This document shows, piece by piece, positions 25,998 through 38,912 of a DNA stretch of 64,000 nucleotides (position 1 is the first letter of the stretch; each line of letters opens with the position of its first letter). Source of the stretch: Heptranchias perlo (lineage: Eukaryota); contig NW_027139268.1 in the NCBI RefSeq assembly GCF_035084215.1, positions 62,001 through 126,000 on the forward strand. The letters are read 5' to 3'. The translations under genes and the position numbers were made by a program. Below the pieces are notes generated by a model. That model saw nothing but the letters and a program-made list of their open reading frames with translations. It made no database searches and had not been told where the DNA came from.

Positions 25998-26030
25998 TGC
26001 CTGCTGTTATGTAAATCGGACTTGTTCGGT
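25998..26030 (-). CDS. MHC class I-like gene B, exon 6 (cytoplasmic) DRTSPIYITAG
   Basis: 33 nt between ttttctcctgcag| and |GTAAGT, phase 1; same length and YxxA position as HLA-A exon 6 (DRKGGSYSQAA). Confidence 0.8.
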
Positions 26031-26128
26031 CTGCAGGAGAAAAATAAATGTCAGTGAGAATGGGGATCTCCCAAAATCAGAGAGTCAGCACACAACAAGG
26101 TGGGGAAATGGAGAGTGTGGAATAAATG

Positions 26129-28385
26129 CTCAGTCTCACACCCCCCTTCAGTCTCACACTCCCCCCTTCAGTCCCACACTCCCCCCTTCAGTCTCACACT
26201 CCCCCCTTCAGTCTCACACTCCCCCCTTCAGTCTCACACTCCCCCCCTTCAGTCCCACACTCCCCCCTTCAGTCTCACACCCCCCTTCAGTCCCACACTC
26301 CACCCTTCAGTCTCACACTCCCCTTCAGTCTCACACTCCCCCCTTCAGTCTCACACTCCCCCCCTTCAGTCTCACACTCCCCCCTTCAGTCCCACACTCC
26401 CCCCTTCAGTCTCACACTCCCCCCTTCAGTCTCACACTCCCCCCTTCAGTCTCACACTCCCCCCTTCAGTCCCGCACTCCCCCCCTTCAGTCTCACACTC
26501 CCCCCCTTCAGTCTCACACTCCCCCCTTCAGTCCCACACACCCCCCTTCAGTCCCACACTCCCCCCTTCAGTCTCACACTCCCCCCTTCAGTCTCACACT
26601 CCCCCCTTCAGTCCCACACTCCCCCCCTTCAGTCCCACACTCCCCCCTTCAGTCTCACACTCCCCCCTTCAGTCTCACACTCCCCCCTTCAGTCCCACAC
26701 TCCCCCCCTTCAGTCCCACACTCCCCCCCTTCAGTCCCACACTCCCCGCTTCAGTCTCACACTCCCCCCTTCAGTCCCACACTCCCCTTCAGTCTCACAC
26801 TCCCCCCCTTCAGTCCCACACTCCCCCCTTCAGTCTCACACTCCCCCCTTCAGTCTCACACTCCCCCCTTCAGTCTCACACTCCCCCCCTTCAGTCTCAC
26901 ACTCCCCCCCCTTCAGTCTCACACTCCCCCCTTCAGTCTCACACTCCCCCCTTCAGTCCCACACTCCCCTTCAGTCTCACACTCCCCCCTTCAGTCTCAC
27001 ACTCCCCCCCTTCAGTCCCACACTCCCCCCTTCAGTCTCACACTCCCCCCCTTCAGTCCCACACTCCCCCCTTCAGTCCCGCACTCCCCCCCTTCAGTCC
27101 CGCACTCCCCCCCTTCAGTCCCGCACTCCCCCCTTCAGTCCCACACTCCCCCCCTTCAGTCCCACTCCCCCCCCTTCAGTCTCACACTCCCCCCTTCAGT
27201 CTCACACTCCCCCCTTCAGTCCCACACTCCCCCCTTCAGTCTCACACTCCCCCCCTTCAGTCCCACACTCCCCCCCTTCAGTCCCACACTCCCCCCCTTC
27301 AGCCCCACACTCCCCCCCTTCAGCCCCACACTCCCCCCCTTCAGTCCCACACTCCCCCCCTTCAGTCCCACACTCCCCCCTTCAGTCTCACACTCCCCCC
27401 TTCAGTCTCACACTCCCCCCTTCAGTCCCACACTCCCCCCTTCAGTCCCACACTCCCCCCTTCAGCCCCACACTCCCCCCCTTCAGTCTCACACTCCCCC
27501 CCTTCAGTCCCACACTCCCCCCTTCAGTCCCACACTCCCCTTCAGTCTCACACTCCCCCCTTCAGTCCCACACTCCCCCCTTCAGTCTCACACTCCCCCC
27601 TTCAGTCTCACACTCCCCCCCTTCAGTCCCACACTCCCCCCTTCAGTCCCACACTCCCCCCTTCAGTCTCACACTCCCCCCCTTCAGTCTCACACTCCCC
27701 CCTTCAGTCTCACACTCCCCCCTTCAGTCTCACACTCCCCCCTTCAGTCTCACACTCCCCCCCTTCAGTCCCACACTCCCCTTCAGTCTCACACTCCCCC
27801 CTTCAGTCTCACACTCCCCCCCTTCAGTCTCACACTCCCCCCCTTCAGTCTCACACTCCCCCCTTCAGTCCCACACTCCCCCCCTTCAGTCCCGCACTCC
27901 CCCCTTCAGTCTCACACTCCCCCCTTCAGTCTCACACTCCCCACCTTCAGTCTCACACTCCCCCCCTTCAGTCTCACACTCCCCCCCTTCAGTCTCACAC
28001 TCCCCCCTTCAGCCCCGCACTCCCCCCCTTCAGTCTCACACTCCCCCCCTTCAGTCCCGCACTCCCCCCCTTCAGTCTCACACTCCCCTTCAGTCTCACA
28101 CTCCCCCCCTTCAGTCTCACACTCCCCCCTTCAGTCCCACACTCCCCTTCAGTCTCACACTCCCCCCCTTCAGTCTCACACTCCCCCCCTTCAGTCTCAC
28201 ACTCCCCCCTTCAGCCCCGCACTCCCCCCCTTCAGTCCCACACTCCCCCCCTTCAGCCCCACACTCCCCCCCTTCAGCCCCACACTCCCCCCCTTCAGCC
28301 CCGCACTCCCCCCTTCAGTCTCACACTCCCCCCCTTCAGTCCCGCACTCCCCCCCCTTCAGTCCCGCACTCCCCCCCTTCAGTAC
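26129..28385. repeat. 20-21 bp minisatellite, gene B intron 5
   Basis: Same unit as 1-880. Confidence 0.97.
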
Positions 28386-30240
28386 CAGTACTGGAGACTC
28401 TCCCACACTCACTCTGTCCCCTCAGTTCTCCATTCCCCTCTCTCTGACTCTCCTCTCTCAGTGCCCTGTACTCCCAGTACTGGAGACTCTCCCACACTCA
28501 CTCTGTCCCCTCAGTTCTCCATTCCCCTCTCTCTGACTCTCCTCTCTCAGTGCCCTGTACTCCCAGTACTGGAGACTCTCCCACACTCACTCTGTCCCCC
28601 TCAGTTCTCCATTCCCCTCTCTCTGACTCTCCTCTCTCAGTGCCCTGTACTCCCAGTACTGGAGACTCTCCCACACTCACTCTGTCCCCTCAGTTCTCCA
28701 TTCCCCTCTCTCTGACTCTCCTCTCTCAGTGCCCTGTACTCCCAGTACTGGAGACTCTCCCACACTCACTCTGTCCCCCTCAGTTCTCCATTCCCCTCTC
28801 TCTGACTCTCCTCTCTCAGTGCCCTGTACTCCCAGTACTGGAGACTCTCCCACACTCACTCTGTCCCCCTCAGTTCTCCATTCCCCTCTCTCTGACTCTC
28901 CTCTCTCAGTGCCCTGTACTCCCAGTACTGGAGACTCTCCCACACTCACTCTGTCCCCCTCAGTTCTCCATTCCCCTCTCTCTGACTCTCCTCTCTCAGT
29001 GCCCTGTACTCCCAGTACTGGAGACTCTCCCACACTCACTCTGTCCCCCTCAGTTCTCCATTCCCCTCTCTCTGACTCTCCTCTCTCAGTGCCCTGTACT
29101 CCCAGTACTGGAGACTCTCCCACACTCACTCTGTCCCCCTCAGTTCTCCATTCCCCTCTCTCTGACTCTCCTCTCTCAGTGCCCTGTACTCCCAGTACTG
29201 GAGACTCTCCCACACTCACTCTGTCCCCTCAGTTCTCCATTCCCCTCTCTCTGACTCTCCTCTCTCAGTGCCCTGTACTCCCAGTACTGGAGACTCTCCC
29301 ACACTCACTCTGTCCCCCTCAGTTCTCCATTCCCCTCTCTCTGACTCTCCTCTCTCAGTGCCCTGTGCTCCCAGTACTGGAGACTCTCCCACACTCACTC
29401 TGTCCCCTCAGTTCTCCATTCCCCTCTCTCTGACTCTCCTCTCTCAGTGCCCTGTACTCCCAGTACTGGAGACTCTCCCACACTCACTCTGTCCCCTCAG
29501 TTCTCCATTCCCCTCTCTCTGACTCTCCTCTCTCAGTGCCCTGTACTCCCAGTACTGGAGACTCTCCCACACTCACTCTGTCCCCCTCAGTTCTCCATTC
29601 CCCTCTCTCTGACTCTCCTCTCTCAGTGCCCTGTACTCCCAGTACTGGAGACTCTCCCACACTCACTCTGTCCCCTCAGTTCTCCATTCCCCTCTCTCTG
29701 ACTCTCCTCTCTCAGTGCCCTGTACTCCCAGTGCTGGAGACTCTCCCACACTCACTCTGTCCCCCTCAGTTCTCCATTCCCCTCTCTCTGACTCTCCTCT
29801 CTCAGTGCCCTGTACTCCCAGTACTGGAGACTCTCCCACACTCACTCTGTCCCCTCAGTTCTCCATTCCCCTCTCTCTGACTCTCCTCTCTCAGTGCCCT
29901 GTACTCCCAGTACTGGAGACTCTCCCACACTCACTCTGTCCCCCTCAGTTCTCCATTCCCCTCTCTCTGATTCTCCTCTCTCAGTGCCCTGTACTCCCAG
30001 TACTGGAGACTCTCCCACACTCACTCTGTCCCCCTCAGTTCTCCATTCCCCTCTCTCTGACTCTCCTCTCTCAGTGCCCTGTACTCCCAGTACTGGAGAC
30101 TCTCCCACACTCACTCTGTCCCCCTCAGTTCTCCATTCCCCTCTCTCTGACTCTCCTCTCTCAGTGCCCTGTACTCCCAGTACTGGAGACTCTCCCACAC
30201 TCACTCTGTCCCCCTGAGTTCTCCATTCCCCTCTCTCTGA
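28386..30240. repeat. 89/90 bp minisatellite, ~21 units, gene B intron 5
   Basis: Same unit as 881-2640. Confidence 0.97.
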
Positions 30241-30247
30241 TTCTTAC

Positions 30248-30361
30248 CTCTCCGTTGTCTTTTCCAGATGACTATTCCGATTATCACCACTATAACAGCC
30301 AGCGCCGCAATCACTGATCCGATAATAATTCCCAGATTGGATTCCCTGTTTTCCGGTCTTT
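30248..30361 (-). CDS. MHC class I-like gene B, exon 5 (TM)
   Basis: Identical to the gene A TM exon, offset +27600. Confidence 0.9.
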
Positions 30362-32610
30362 CTGAAACACATTTCAATAATATCAGGATTGTTTCTCTCT
30401 GTTCCAGGAACCATTCCCAGTTCTGTGTTGATTGGGGGAAATTTTAACCTCACCCACCCGTGGGGAAACTGACGAGATCGGGTGTAACGCTGGTTTTACT
30501 CCCCGCCCCGATTTTACTGCCCATTGAAGTCAGTGGTCAGTAATATTGGTCAGAATCCAGCCCATCCCATGGGTCTCTCGCCCGGTGAGTCAGGTTAACA
30601 TTCCCCCCGATGTCTGTGTGTCTTTTCCTTGTCCCATCCCCAGGGTTACATTGTACAGTCCAGGAGTCAGCCTCACTGATGTTTCTCACAGATCGGTTTC
30701 TGGCCATTATATGGACATCCAATAATACTCAGCTATTTTAAGCTTGCCCTTCACCAATGTATTTCAGAAAATCACAGCCCCCCCACTACACTCCCCTCAG
30801 TACCACCCTGGGACCAGTCAGGGGTAAACTCCCCAATTGCAGCCCCTTCTCTCTGATCCACCACACTCCCTGACAATAACGGTGATGTTCAGACACACAA
30901 TGACGGAGGTTCGGATACACTGGGCTGTATCGACAGAAACATCATTCCCAATTTAAACCCTGCCCGTCCGGCGGGAACGTTGTAAGGTTCCCCATAGCCC
31001 AGGAGAGCTCCTCCAGGCCCAACAAGGAAGCCTTGGGCCTCCTCTGCCCTGGCCTTCCCCCCCTGCCCAACCTCCTCTGTCTGTGACCAGCCCAGATCCC
31101 AGCTCCGACATTATTTTCCTTGCCGGGGATCATCTCCTTCGATCTCTGGCCCCAATTATTGCTCTCACTCACCCCATGATGTCCCTCTTGCAGGATTCAG
31201 ATGGGAGACAGAGCTGGAGTATTTAAATACGGCCCAGGAGGTAACTTTTAATGATTTGTGAATCTGTACCCCTCGATCCCTTTGCCCCTCGACCCCATTT
31301 AGACTTTTTCTAAGCAGTGTGTGGCCTCCTTATTCCTCCTACAAAAATGCAACACCTCACACTTCTCTATATTGAAATTCATTTGCCAATTACACGCCCA
31401 TTCTGCAAGTTTATTAATGTCTTTATTGTCGATGTACTTGGTGTATGCCTGTGGATTGGAAAATGCAAATGTCACTCCATTATTAAGGAGGGAGAGAGGG
31501 AGAAACCAGGTAACTACAGACCTGTCAGTTTAACATCAATTGTGTGGAAGATTACAGGACTCTCTCATCAGAGATCGAGGGACTGAACACATGGATGAAG
31601 GAACAGAGTGAGTTGTATATCCAAGTTTGGAGATCACACAGTAAAGGGACACAGACAGATTAAATGAGTGGGCAAAACTATGGCAGGTGGAGTTCAATGT
31701 GAGTCACATTGTGAGGCACGGACTCGATGGGCCGAATGGTTCCATGTGGGGAAATTCAAGATCATCCATTTTAGATCGGAGAAAGACAAATCAGAATATT
31801 TCCTGAATGGTGATAGACCAGGGGCTGTAAAGGAGCAAAGGGATTTGGGTGTCCAAGTACACAAATCACTAAAAGCGAGTGTGCAGGTAAAAATTAATCA
31901 AAAAGCCCAATGGAATGTTGGCCTTTATCTCGGGGCCTGGATTACAAAGTGAGGAAGTGATGCTTCAGTTGGACAGAGTCTTGGTCAGAATGCAACTGGA
32001 GAATTGTGTTCAGTTCTGGGAATCGCACCTTATGTAAGATATATTGTCCTTGGAGGGGATACAGTGCAGATTCACCAGACTGATACCGGGGCTTAGAGGG
32101 TTAAATTCTGAGGACAGGTTACAGAAACTTGGCTTGTGTTCCCTGGAATATAGAAGGGTGAGGGGTGATCTAAATGAGGGGTTTAAAATGATAAAGGGAT
32201 TCGATAGGGTGGAGACAGAGAAACTATTTTCTCTGGTGGGGAATCCAGAACGAGGGGTCACAATCTTAAAATTAGAGCCAGGCCATTTAGGAGTGAAATC
32301 AGAAAGCACTTTTTCCACACAAAGGGGAGTGGAAATCAGGAAATCTCTCCCCAAAAGGCTGTGGGTGCTGGGAACAACTGAAAATTTCAAGACTGAGATC
32401 GATAGATGTTTGTGGGGTAAGGGAATCAAGGGATATGGATCAAAGGAGGGGAAATGGAGGAGAGGTACAGATCAGTCATGGTCTCATTGAATGGCAGAAC
32501 AGACTCAAGGGGCCGAATGGCCTACTCCTGTTCCGATGTTCCGTACACACACACACACGCACACACACACGCACACAGACACGCACACAGACACACACAC
32601 ACAGACAAAA

Positions 32611-35600
32611 TGTCCTTCACGGAAGGAAACCTGCAGTCTTTACCCGGTCTGGCCGATATGTGACTCCAGACCCACAGCAATGTGGTTGATTCTTAATCAC
32701 CCTCTGAAATGGCCGAGCAAGCCACTCAGTTGTGCAATCTCGCTAAACAAAGACATAATAAGAATAAAACCGGATGGACCACCCGGCATCGGACCACTGG
32801 GCACCGGACACGACAAAGGCAAACCAAGCCCAGTCAGCCCTGCAAAGTCCTCCTCACTAACATCTGGGGATTTGTGCCAAAATTGGGAGAGCTGTCCCAC
32901 AGACCAGTCAAGCAACAGCCTGACATAGCCATACTCACAGAATCATACCTGACAGCCAACGTCCCAGAATCTTCTATCACCATCCCTGGGTATGTCCTGT
33001 CCCACCGGCAGGACAGACCCACCAGAGGTGGCGGTACAGTGATATACAGTCAGGAGGGAGTGGTCCTGGGAGTCCTCAACATTGACTCCGGACCCCATGA
33101 AATCTCATGGCATCAGGTCAAACATGGGCAAGGAAACCTCCTGCTGATTACCACCTACCGCCCTCCCTCAGCTGATGAATCAGTCCTCCTCCATGTTGAA
33201 CACCACTTGGAGGTAGCACTGAGGGTAGCAAGGGCACAAAATGTACTCTGGGTGGGGGACTTAAATGTCCATCACCGAGAGTGGCTCGGTAGCACCACTA
33301 CTGACCGAGCTGGCTGAGTCCTGAAGGACATAGCTGCCAGACTGGGCCTGTGGCAGGTGGTGAGCGAACCAACACGAGGGAAAAACCTACTTGATCTCGT
33401 CCTCACCAATCTACCTGTCGCAGATGCATCTGTCCATGACAGCATTGGTAGGAGTGACCACTGCACAGTCCTCGTGGAGACAATGTCCCGTCTTCAAACT
33501 GAGAACACCATCCAACGTGTTGTGTGGCACTACCACCGTGCTAAATGGGATAGATTCAGAACACATCCAGCAGCTCAAAACTGGGCATCCATGAGGCACT
33601 GTGGGCCATCAGCAGCAGCAGAATTGTGTTCCAGCACAATCTGTAACCTCATGGCCCGGCATATTCCTCATTCTACCATTACCAACAAGCCAGGGGATCA
33701 ACCCTGGTTCAATGAGGAGTGAAGAAGGGCATGCCAGGAGCAGCACCAGGCGTACCTAAAAATGATGTGCCAACTTGGTGAAGCTACAACTCAGGACTAC
33801 ATGCATGCTAAACAGCGGAAGCAACATGCTATAGACAGAGCTAAGCGATTCCACAACCAACGGATTCGATCAAAGCTCTGCAGTCCTGCCACATCCAGTC
33901 GTGAATGGTGGTGGACAATTAAACAATTAAACAATTAATGGGAGGAGGATGCTCTGTAAACATCCCCATCCTCAATGATGGCGGAGTCCAGCACATGAGT
34001 GCAAAAGACAAGGCTGAAGCATTTGCAACCATCTTCAGCCAGAAGTGCCGAGTGGATGATCCATCTCGGCCTCCTCCCGATATCCCCAACATCACAGAAA
34101 CCAGTCTTCAGCCAATTCGATTCAGTCCACGTGATATCAAGAAACGGCTGAGTGCACTGGATACAGCAAAGGCTATGAGCCCCGACAACATCCCAGCTGT
34201 AGTGCTGAAGACTTGTGCTCCAGAACTAGCTGCGCCTCTAGCCAAACTGTTCCTGTGCAGCTACAACATCTACCCAACAATGTGGAAAATTGCCCAGGTA
34301 TGTCCTGTCCACAAAAAGCAGGACAAATCCAATCCGGCCAATTACCGCCCCATCAGTCTAACCTCAATCATCAGCAAAGTGATGGAAGGTGTCGTCGACA
34401 GTGCTATCAAGCGGCACTTACTCACCAATAACCTGCTCACCGATGCTCAGTTTGGGTTCCTCCAGGACCACTCGGCTCCAGACCTCATTACAGCCTTGGT
34501 CCAACCATGGAAAAAAGAGCTGAATTCCAGAGGTGAGGTGAGAGTGACTGCCCTTGACATCAAGGCAGCATTTCACCGAGTGTGGCACCTCGGAGTCCGA
34601 GTAAAATTGCAGTCAATGGGAATCGGGGTAAAACTCTCCAGTGGCTGGAGTCATACCTAGCACAAAGGAAGATGGTAGTGGTTGTTGGAGGCCAATCATC
34701 TCAACCCCTGGGCATTGCTGCAGGAGTTCCTCAGGGCAGTGTCCTCGGCCCAACCATCTTTTGATGCTTCATCAATGACCTTCCCTCCATCATAAGGTTA
34801 GAAATGGGGATGTTCGCTGATGATTGCACAGTGTTCAGTTCCATTCGCAACCCCTCAGATAATGAAGCAGTCCGAGCCTGCATGCAGCAAGACCTGGACA
34901 ACATCCAGGCTTGGGCTGATAAGTGGCAAGTAACATTCGCGCCAGACAAGTGCCAGGCAATGACCATCTCCAACAAGAGAGAGTCTAACCACCTCCCCTT
35001 GACATTCAACGGCATTACCATCGCCGAATCCCCCACCATCAACATCCTGGGAGTCACCATTGACCAGAAACTTAACTGGACCAGCCATATAAATACTGTG
35101 GCTACAAGAGCAGGTCAGAGGCTGGGTATTCTGTGGCGAGTGACTCACCTCCTGACTCCCCAAAGCCTTTCCACCATCTACAAGGCACAAGTCAGGAGTG
35201 TGTTGGAATCCTCTCCACTTGCCTGGATGAGTGCAGCTCCAACAACACTCAAGAAGCTTGACACCATCCAGGACAAAGTAGCCCGCTTGATTGGCACCCC
35301 ATCCACCACCCTAAACATTCACTCCCTTCACCACCGGCGCACAGTGGCTGCAGTGTGTACCATCCACAGGATGCACTGCAGCAACTCGCAAAGGCTTCTT
35401 CGACAGCACCTCCCAAACCCGCGACCTCTACCATCTAGAAGGACAAGAGCAGCAGGCACATGGGAACACCACCACCTGCACGTTCCCCTCCAAGTCACAC
35501 ACCATCCCGACTTGGAAATATATCGCCGTTCCTTCATCGTCGCTGGGTCAAAATCCTGGAACTCCCTTCCTGACAGCACTGTGGGAGAACCGTCACCACA

Positions 35601-35711
35601 CGGACTGCAGCGGTTCAAGAAGGCGGCTCATCATCACCTTCACAAGGGCAATTAGGGATGGGCAATAAATGCCGGCCTTGCCAGCGACATCCCATGAATT
35701 AATAAAAAAAA
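32611..35711 (+). mobile_element. Paralogous copy of the intron-4 LINE in gene B
   Basis: Same position and ends as the gene A copy, with different stops and indels. Confidence 0.93.
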
Positions 35712-35864
35712 GCGTCTCATGACTGTCATAATCAATATCTCACATGGACATTATTTCACTCGCTCGAACAAACACTCTCTCACACCCACACACACACACA
35801 CACACCCACAAACACACATACACACACACACACACACCCACACACTTCCAGTGCAGTTCCTTAC

Positions 35865-36143
35865 CCCACTGATAGACCTTTGCCTCCGCCAGGCTGCTGT
35901 GTTCAATTTGACAGGAGTATTGATCCTCATCCCCAGCATTGACTTCAATCTCTTTCTTGATCTGATGGGTCCCATCGTGGTTCGGTCGAACCCCCGAGGA
36001 TTGGCTCTCAGACACTTGCTCACCATTCCTTAGCCAGGTCACCTCGATGTTTACAGGGTAAAATCCAGTAACCAGGCAGGAGAGAGTGGGCGGGTTGTAC
36101 TGATTATTGGGGTCACTTCTGGAGATGAACACTTCAGGCTGAA
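35865..36143 (-). CDS. MHC class I-like gene B, exon 4 (alpha3)
   Basis: 279 nt Ig C1 domain; 1 aa difference from gene A (R/Q). Confidence 0.96.
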
Positions 36144-36257
36144 CTGAAAGGGGAAAGGGAGGAAACACAAACAATAGAGAGACAGAGAATGGAATGGGAT
36201 AACGGTTTCATAGATCAGAAAGTTCAATCAGAAAATGGGAAAATAGGAAATCAATAC

Positions 36258-36533
36258 CTTTCCTTTTGAGATATTCCTTTCCAGCGCGTAAATATAACTG
36301 TAAAACATCAACCAGTTCTTCTTCCAACTGCCATTTCCAATAATTGTTCCAGGAATCATCAGAATCCCATTTCTCCTTGGTCTTCACTGCAAGGTGATTG
36401 GTTGCGACCCATCTCATTCTGTCTGGCTCTAAACTAATATAATCCTTTCCGTCATATCCAAACCGCATCGATCTCTTAATGGAGCCGTCTTCAGAGATCT
36501 CAACATTCCTTATCCATTGGAAAATGTGAATTC
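36258..36533 (-). CDS. MHC class I-like gene B, exon 3 (alpha2), lacking C101 and C164
   Basis: 276 nt, open; 5 aa differences from gene A. Confidence 0.95.
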
Positions 36534-36609
36534 CTGTCAGTGACCAACCAGAGATCAATAATCAATAATCAATAGTTAATGGAGAATGTCCATTTATAAC
36601 TCAGACAGT

Positions 36610-36792
36610 GGGCGCAATTTTAACCTAACCCACCCGTCGGGAAACTAACGGGAGTGGTTGCAACACTGGTTTTACACACTGCCCGATTTTACTGCACTGA
36701 AGTCAGTGGACAGTAATATTGGGCACAGTGTAAAACTCTCATTCCCCCTATCCCATGGGGATCCCACCCGGTGAGATCGGTGAAAATTACCC
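36610..36792. mobile_element. MITE-like element, gene B intron 2 only
   Basis: Similar to 2834-3008; imperfect TIRs; ACAGT on both sides; absent at ~9205 in gene A. Confidence 0.55.
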
Positions 36793-38374
36793 ACAGTGTG
36801 TCTTTCTCCCTCTATACAGGAATGGGATGGGTTAGAGTCACATGGTCTGAGCAGAGGCGAAAGGGGGTCCAGTATCAGGTAGAAATGGGGGGTAAGATTT
36901 GTTAACCCCTTCTGAACCGTGACAGAATTATAGAAGGCAATATCACGGTAAATCTCAGATAATAGGCACCATTTTTATCACATGACTTCCCCTCCCCCAC
37001 TTCTCGAACTCGATACCCGTGAGTGCCGCTGGTGCACTGCCCTTGAGGACCAGAACCAGGTGTATATTTCTGATGTGCCAGTGGGCCTGTTTTGGGAACC
37101 ACACTGGCCCCAAACCTCCATTTTGCCCCAATGTTGCGCTGCTGAGCCTGGATTTCTGGGAGCCAATCCAGTCCCGTACTGACCACCCGCAAATCACACA
37201 CTCATCTCATTTACACACCCACTGGCATTGGCTGAGCGCAGCGCCCATGTGACACGGACCTCCCCTGACGGGTGGGGGTGGGGATTTAAAGCGCAGTCTT
37301 TAAAGAGCCGCAAATGGCTGAAGATTGCAGCAGAGGGAAGGATCTAAACTTTCCCCCAAGACTGGGGTCCCATCAGGAGCTGGAATAAGAGGCTCATGTG
37401 AGATATTGTGAGACTTTTAAACAATGTGGTCACGGGAGGAGCAGGCAGAGGGTCTGGGAGAAGGGAGCAGGGCATTGGAAGGAGGGAGAATAGAAGATCC
37501 CAAAATTATAATGAGAACAACCATCAGACACTGATAGATGGAACAGGCAAAGGGAAGAGAGAGCGANNNNNNNNNNNNNNNNNNNNNNNNNNNNNNNNNN
37601 NNNNNNNNNNNNNNNNNNNNNNNNNNNNNNNNNNNNNNNNNNNNNNNNNNNNNNNNNNNNNNNNNNNNNNNNNNNNNNNNNNNNNNNNNNNNNNNNNNNN
37701 NNNNNNNNNNNNNNNNNNNNNNNNNAGAGAGAGATAAAGGGAGAGACAGACTGAGGGAGAGAGAGGGAGACTGACAGACAATGAGAGAGAGTTAGATAGA
37801 GACAGAGATAGGCAGAGATCGATTGACAGAGAAAGAGAGTGAGAGGGAGATAGAGACGTGAAGAGAGAGAGAGAGACGGAGACAGAGCGAGAGAGAGACA
37901 GAGAAAGGGAGTCAGAGAGCGACAGGAAGAAAGATAGAGAGAGATAGGAGATCGATATCGGGATAGATAGAGAGAGACATAGAAAGAGAAAGAGAGAGAC
38001 AGAGAGGGTGAGAGAGAGCGAGAGAGTTAGAGACACAGAGAAAGACAGAGATAGAGAGACAGAAAGAGAGATAGGAAAGAGATATAGTGACAGATAGAGA
38101 CAGAGTGAGAGAGAGATAGAGATAGAGAGAGAGACAGAGAGACAGAGAGAAAGAAAGTGAGAGAGAAAAATAGTGAGAGAAAGAGACTGCTCATGGGAGT
38201 AAAGCTCAGAAAGATGTCTCATGTGCCATGTCGAGGAAGGTAGCAGTGACACTAGCACTGAGCACCAACTCTCACCTCTAGGACTGCAGACAAGTGCCAG
38301 AAGAAGTGCAATGACCTGAAAAGGGCAGGCAAGGTAATGCACCATCCAGTCTCCACTGCAGGTATCATACCATC

Positions 38375-38554
38375 CACTGCAGCACTCCCTTAGTACTGTC
38401 CATCTGACAGTGTAGCTCTCCCTCAGTACTGCCCCTCCAACAGTGCAGCACTCCCTCAATACTCCACTGGAGTGTCAGCCTCAATTATGCGCTTAAGTCT
38501 CTGGACTGGGGTAGAACCTTCTCACTCAGAGGCGGGAATGCTACCACTGAGCCA
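38375..38554 (-). mobile_element. tRNA-derived SINE 5' fragment
   Basis: Minus strand TGGCTCAGTGGTAGCA A-box head, degenerate B box, repeated AGTACTGAGGGAG body motif. Confidence 0.65.
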
Positions 38555-38912
38555 ATATCAAGCAGTGACAGCCAGCTCCAGAGTGTAAGGAACATGGGGA
38601 CTGATTACAAGAGGGACCAGTGTCACTGAACCCAGACAGTATCTGCCACAGACTGGAAATATGTAACAAGGTCTAAGGGGAGATTTAATTGAGGTTTCGA
38701 CAATGAAGGGTTTTGATAGAGTGAATAAGGAAAGACTGTTTCGTATGGTTGGGGAGAGAGTGACAAGGGATCATCAATTTAAAACTGTCACCAGGAGACT
38801 GAGAAGAGGTTGGTTGTGTGTGAAATGCTTTACCACAGGACACAGAGAAGGCACAGACCAGAGAATCTTTTAAATTGGATAAATATTTCATGCAGTGGAA
38901 GATACAATGCTA

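Noticed and set aside
25927-28715. ~870-aa Pro/Ser/His extensin-like ORFs (also 57967-59417)
   Set aside because: C-rich 20-21 bp minisatellite; open in all frames with no frame conservation
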